A stretch of DNA of 64,000 nucleotides, from the NCBI GenBank assembly GCA_017478805.1, contig JAFVCY010000010.1, positions 484-64,483 on the forward strand, written 5' to 3'. The notes beneath the pieces are model-generated. The model worked only from the letters and a program-made list of their open reading frames with translations. It did not search any database and was not told the DNA's origin. This DNA comes from Clostridia bacterium (GTDB lineage: Bacteria; Bacillota; Clostridia; TANB77; CAG-465). The position numbers were made by a program, and so were the translations under genes. Below, one piece after another: positions 60,996 through 64,000 of this stretch (position 1 is the first letter of the stretch; each line of letters opens with the position of its first letter).

Positions 60996-62279
60996 CTAAA
61001 TTTCTTTATCTTCAGATTTTTCAAAATCTTCCTTTGCATTATTTTCATATGAAATGCTGTATTTTTCTCCTGAAACTTCTATTTCATCTTCTACTAAATT
61101 AGATAATTTTTCAGTCATATTTTTTTCTTTATCTTTTCTTACCTTTTTTAATGACCTATTTTGTGCATCTATTCCAAACATTTCATTTATTTTTTCATAT
61201 TCATTTTCATCAATATTTGAAAAATAACTACCAATATATGCAGACATATTTTTTAGATAGTCTTCTCCACCTTCAATAAGTAGTTTTAAATATTGTGATT
61301 TTACGCCAAGAATTGTTTTATCTGAATTTAGTGTTCTTATCTCACCATTTGTATATACGCTTATAGAAGGGTTAGTAGGGTCAAGAAACATTGTAACTGC
61401 TTTTCCATCAATTGTTACATCTACTGCAACTATTGCATGATCTGGAGCTATTTTTTTCAACCCCAAATTGTCATTTACTTGTATCTCATTACTGCTTTCA
61501 CCACTATTTACAATTGTTTCATTAGTTTCTGCAAGTTTTATATCTATATCTGCAAGCTGAACTTTTGCACCTTCTAAGTCAGTTTTCACTGAAAAACTTC
61601 TTGCGTTATACTTCTCATTTATATTATTTAACTTTGTCGCAATATCATCTGCAAAATTTCTACAAACTCCACCCTTTTCATACTTTAAAGATGCACCTAA
61701 AGCTCCATTTATCTCATTTTCTGCTCTTTTATATCCATCTATTCCTTCCCACATGTCATCCATTAATTTCATAAATATATCTAAATCAGAATAATTTTCT
61801 TTTTTGGCTATTTTCTTAATATTCTCTGAGTACTCTTTTACATCATCTAAATATTCCTCAACTTTTTCTGAATTTTGCTCGATAGAAATTCTATTCATAT
61901 TATCTATCATAACACCTGTAGCTGTAGGTAATACTGTTGAAGTCAGTGCCACAAAAGAAGCAACTAAGCTTTTAAAAAAATGCTTTACTTTTGAAACTGA
62001 TACTAGCATCATAGATGTTTCTTCAAAACTTTTTTCATATTTTTTATCCATACGTTTTACTATACTTAAATACTTGTTATATTCTTTTTCACCGTATTTA
62101 TTATATATATCTAAAAATCTTCTTTCTTCTAGTAGTTTCTTTATATCAGCTTTCCTATACCCATCTTTAACATATCTCAAAAACACATCTCTTCCATATT
62201 TAAAATATATTTTATCAAAATCTTTTTCTTTCCTTAGTCTCTTTATTTCTTCTCTTTCTTCTTTAGATAATTCCTTCAT
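60996..62279 (-). CDS. Protein with a transglutaminase-like Cys-His-Asp core.
   Basis: It contains GGVCRNFADD, HAIVAVDV and FLDPTNP. Confidence 0.5.
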   Translation of the reverse strand: MKELSKEEREEIKRLRKEKDFDKIYFKYGRDVFLRYVKDGYRKADIKKLLEERRFLDIYNKYGEKEYNKYLSIVKRMDKKYEKSFEETSMMLVSVSKVKHFFKSLVASFVALTSTVLPTATGVMIDNMNRISIEQNSEKVEEYLDDVKEYSENIKKIAKKENYSDLDIFMKLMDDMWEGIDGYKRAENEINGALGASLKYEKGGVCRNFADDIATKLNNINEKYNARSFSVKTDLEGAKVQLADIDIKLAETNETIVNSGESSNEIQVNDNLGLKKIAPDHAIVAVDVTIDGKAVTMFLDPTNPSISVYTNGEIRTLNSDKTILGVKSQYLKLLIEGGEDYLKNMSAYIGSYFSNIDENEYEKINEMFGIDAQNRSLKKVRKDKEKNMTEKLSNLVEDEIEVSGEKYSISYENNAKEDFEKSEDKEI

Positions 62280-62376
62280 ATAACAACCTCTTCTTTTTTA
62301 TATTATATACTAAATAATATTTTTTTCAAGAAAATTAACGCACTATATATATAAATACATAATGCGTTAATTTAAG

Positions 62377-62847
62377 TTAATTCATAGTATAGATAGTATA
62401 GTTAAGAATACCTGCAAATACAAGCCAAATAATATATGGAATTTGTAAATATCCTGCAACTGGACTTATCTTAAAGAATTTTATAAACATAACAAGCACT
62501 ATTCCTAAAAGTAGTAATAACCAGAAAAATGCAAAGCCAAGCATATTAAACCTAAAGAAAAATAACGGCCATAAAGCATTTATAGCAAGCTGAAGTGTAT
62601 AAATAGCTATTGCTCTTTTTCTAAATTTTTCATCAGTGTTATTTGTGCATATTAAGTAAGCTGAAATTCCCATTAATATGTACAGTATAGTCCACACTAT
62701 TGGAAATACAATTGCAGGAGGTACAAAACTTGGTTTATTTAGGTTATCAAACGTATCCATCTTCCCACCAAATATTGCGCCTACAACTCCAAATATTAGT
62801 GCAATAATAATGAATTTAAAAAGTAGTTTAAAATCAATTTTTTTCAT
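62377..62847 (-). CDS. tspO: TspO/MBR-family tryptophan-rich sensory protein.
   Basis: It contains LNKPSFVPPAIVFPIVWTILYILMGIS...LQLAINALWPLFFF. Confidence 0.8.
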   Translation of the reverse strand: MKKIDFKLLFKFIIIALIFGVVGAIFGGKMDTFDNLNKPSFVPPAIVFPIVWTILYILMGISAYLICTNNTDEKFRKRAIAIYTLQLAINALWPLFFFRFNMLGFAFFWLLLLLGIVLVMFIKFFKISPVAGYLQIPYIIWLVFAGILNYTIYTMN

Positions 62848-63065
62848 ATCATCACATCCTATTTAATATTATGTGCAAGATTAAAAAAAATACTAAATTT
62901 TTTTATTAATACATTTTTATAACTAATAGTATATATATTTGTTCTAAAAGTATTGATTTTTAAAAAAATATATGTTAAAATATACTTAAATTATATATAT
63001 ATTTGTTAATGTAGCTACAAAAAAATAAAAAACAGCAAATATAACTTGCTGCAATTTTGAATATT

Positions 63066-63308
63066 CTAATCTGATTCAACATCATTAAAAACTTCATCAT
63101 CGAAAAACTCTGTTAGTGTAATATCAAAAGCTTCACATACATGAAGTACCGTATCGATTTTAGGTAATTTAGTTTTACCATTCAAAAAAGTAGTTAAAGT
63201 TGAACATGGTAAACCAGTATTTTGGCATATATACCATACATTAACATCTTTTTCTACTATAATATTTTTTATTCTTTTTCTAATAGCATCAGATAACTGC
63301 ATAATCAC
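63066..63308 (-). CDS. XRE-family HTH transcriptional regulator.
   Basis: It has a Cro/C1-type HTH (LSDAIRKRIKNIIVEKDVNVWYICQNTGLPCSTLTTFLNGK). Confidence 0.65.
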   Translation of the reverse strand: MIMQLSDAIRKRIKNIIVEKDVNVWYICQNTGLPCSTLTTFLNGKTKLPKIDTVLHVCEAFDITLTEFFDDEVFNDVESD

Positions 63309-63458
63309 ACTTCCTTACACTTCAAGTATATCAAATAATAATTTTTTATAACTTTGGCAGATTGAAGTAATTTGATATTTTTTTATTATATACAATTACT
63401 ATGTATAATAAAAGCATAAAAAAATTATATAAATAATGATTTCACGTAAGTATATTAT

Positions 63459-63794
63459 CTATTCTAAATAATCTAAAAAATCTTTTATTGCACCATTTAA
63501 TAATCTAGTAATAGATATTCTTGTTTGTTTCTTAGTTATTTTAAGCCACTTGAAATTACTTTCTCTTAGCATAATACTTCTATAAGTTACCGTCTCACTT
63601 TCAGGCTTTCCATAATAAGCAGGACTATTCTTTTCTGAATATTCTTCAATTGCAATATTTATTAATTCACTAACATTTGCATCAAATTTATTTTGAGTTA
63701 AAATTATTAACTCCTTATATAGTGAATCATCAATATTTATAGACCTTTTTCTTGCTCTATTATTAATATCATATAACCTATTTATAGCACTCAT
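63459..63794 (-). CDS. Small putative DNA-binding protein, ribbon-helix-helix-like.
   Basis: It is a 111-aa ORF whose basic N-terminus (RARKRSINIDDSLYKEL) resembles an RHH strand-helix. Confidence 0.35.
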   Translation of the reverse strand: MSAINRLYDINNRARKRSINIDDSLYKELIILTQNKFDANVSELINIAIEEYSEKNSPAYYGKPESETVTYRSIMLRESNFKWLKITKKQTRISITRLLNGAIKDFLDYLE

Positions 63795-63952
63795 CTTAAT
63801 AACCTCCGCACACTCATATTATATGTAAATTATATAAATAAAAAAGAATTTTTTATACTGTTCAAATATACTCTATTTATGAGTATAAATAGGTTGATAT
63901 TTTATATCAAACATGCTATAATACTTAAAATATTTGTTAAAGGAGGATTCAA

Positions 63953-64000
63953 ATGAAAGAAGATTTATTTAATAACTATATGAAAAAATTGTATAATGAG
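63953..64000 (+). CDS. 5' end of a gene that runs off the right edge.
   Basis: An AAAGGAGG RBS lies 6 nt before the ATG, and the product begins MKEDLFNNYMKKLYNE. Confidence 0.4.
   Translation, partial: MKEDLFNNYMKKLYNE

Noticed and set aside
61804-62283. A 159-aa plus-strand ORF.
   Set aside because: It is the antisense shadow of the 427-aa transglutaminase-like gene.
1-64000. CRISPR arrays, rRNA and tRNA genes, and transposase or IS elements.
   Set aside because: I saw no regularly spaced direct repeats with unique spacers, no tRNA-like or rRNA-like conserved segments, and no transposase-like ORFs.

Overview
This is an AT-rich (about 27-28% GC) chromosomal segment from a spore-forming, low-GC Firmicute, most likely class Clostridia. 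Coding is dense and mostly on the minus strand. I found no rRNA, tRNA or CRISPR array.

Gene content by position:
- 1-0.5 kb: the 5' part of a XerD-like tyrosine recombinase.
- 1.1-3.1 kb: the engulfment and mother-cell genes spoIIID, spoIIQ-like and spoIID.
- 3.2-11.7 kb: a type IV pilus operon (pilMN, pilO, pilin-like genes, a PilD-N-domain::pilin fusion, pilB, pilC) that abuts spoIID.
- 11.8-16.2 kb: a frameshifted WG-repeat protein, scpA, deoD, recX, and recA with a consensus promoter and LexA box.
- 16.3-22.5 kb: two paralogous acyl-CoA synthetases flanking a DUF4143 ATPase pseudogene.
- 22.6-27.4 kb: a VanW-like protein, a small Cys-rich peptide, a PAP2 phosphatase, a GC-rich unassigned structured RNA with its own promoter and terminator, and uppP.
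- 27.5-29.4 kb: spo0A with tandem 0A boxes, and yabG.
- 29.9-37.3 kb: an eight-gene operon with a split VirB4-like ATPase, TadZ/CpaE, TadA/CpaF, a TadB-like protein and an HD-GYP protein, with no pilin. This is the most unusual locus in the window.
- 37.4-38.4 kb: three small proteins and a Spo0E-like gene.
- 38.6-42.2 kb: nrdR, nrdG and nrdD with an NrdR box.
- 42.7-45.5 kb: a Fic/Doc-like protein with a His->Gln active-site change behind twin operators, and a frameshifted GHKL regulator.
- 45.6-64 kb: M16 peptidases, yqeY, tagO/wecA, rpiB, a frameshifted tdk, an HD-domain protein, divIVA, sepF, an M23 peptidase, ftsX, ftsE, ruvA, a splB pseudogene, a transglutaminase-like protein, tspO and small HTH regulators.

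Several genes carry nonsense or frameshift lesions. This points either to ongoing gene decay or to a draft-quality sequence.
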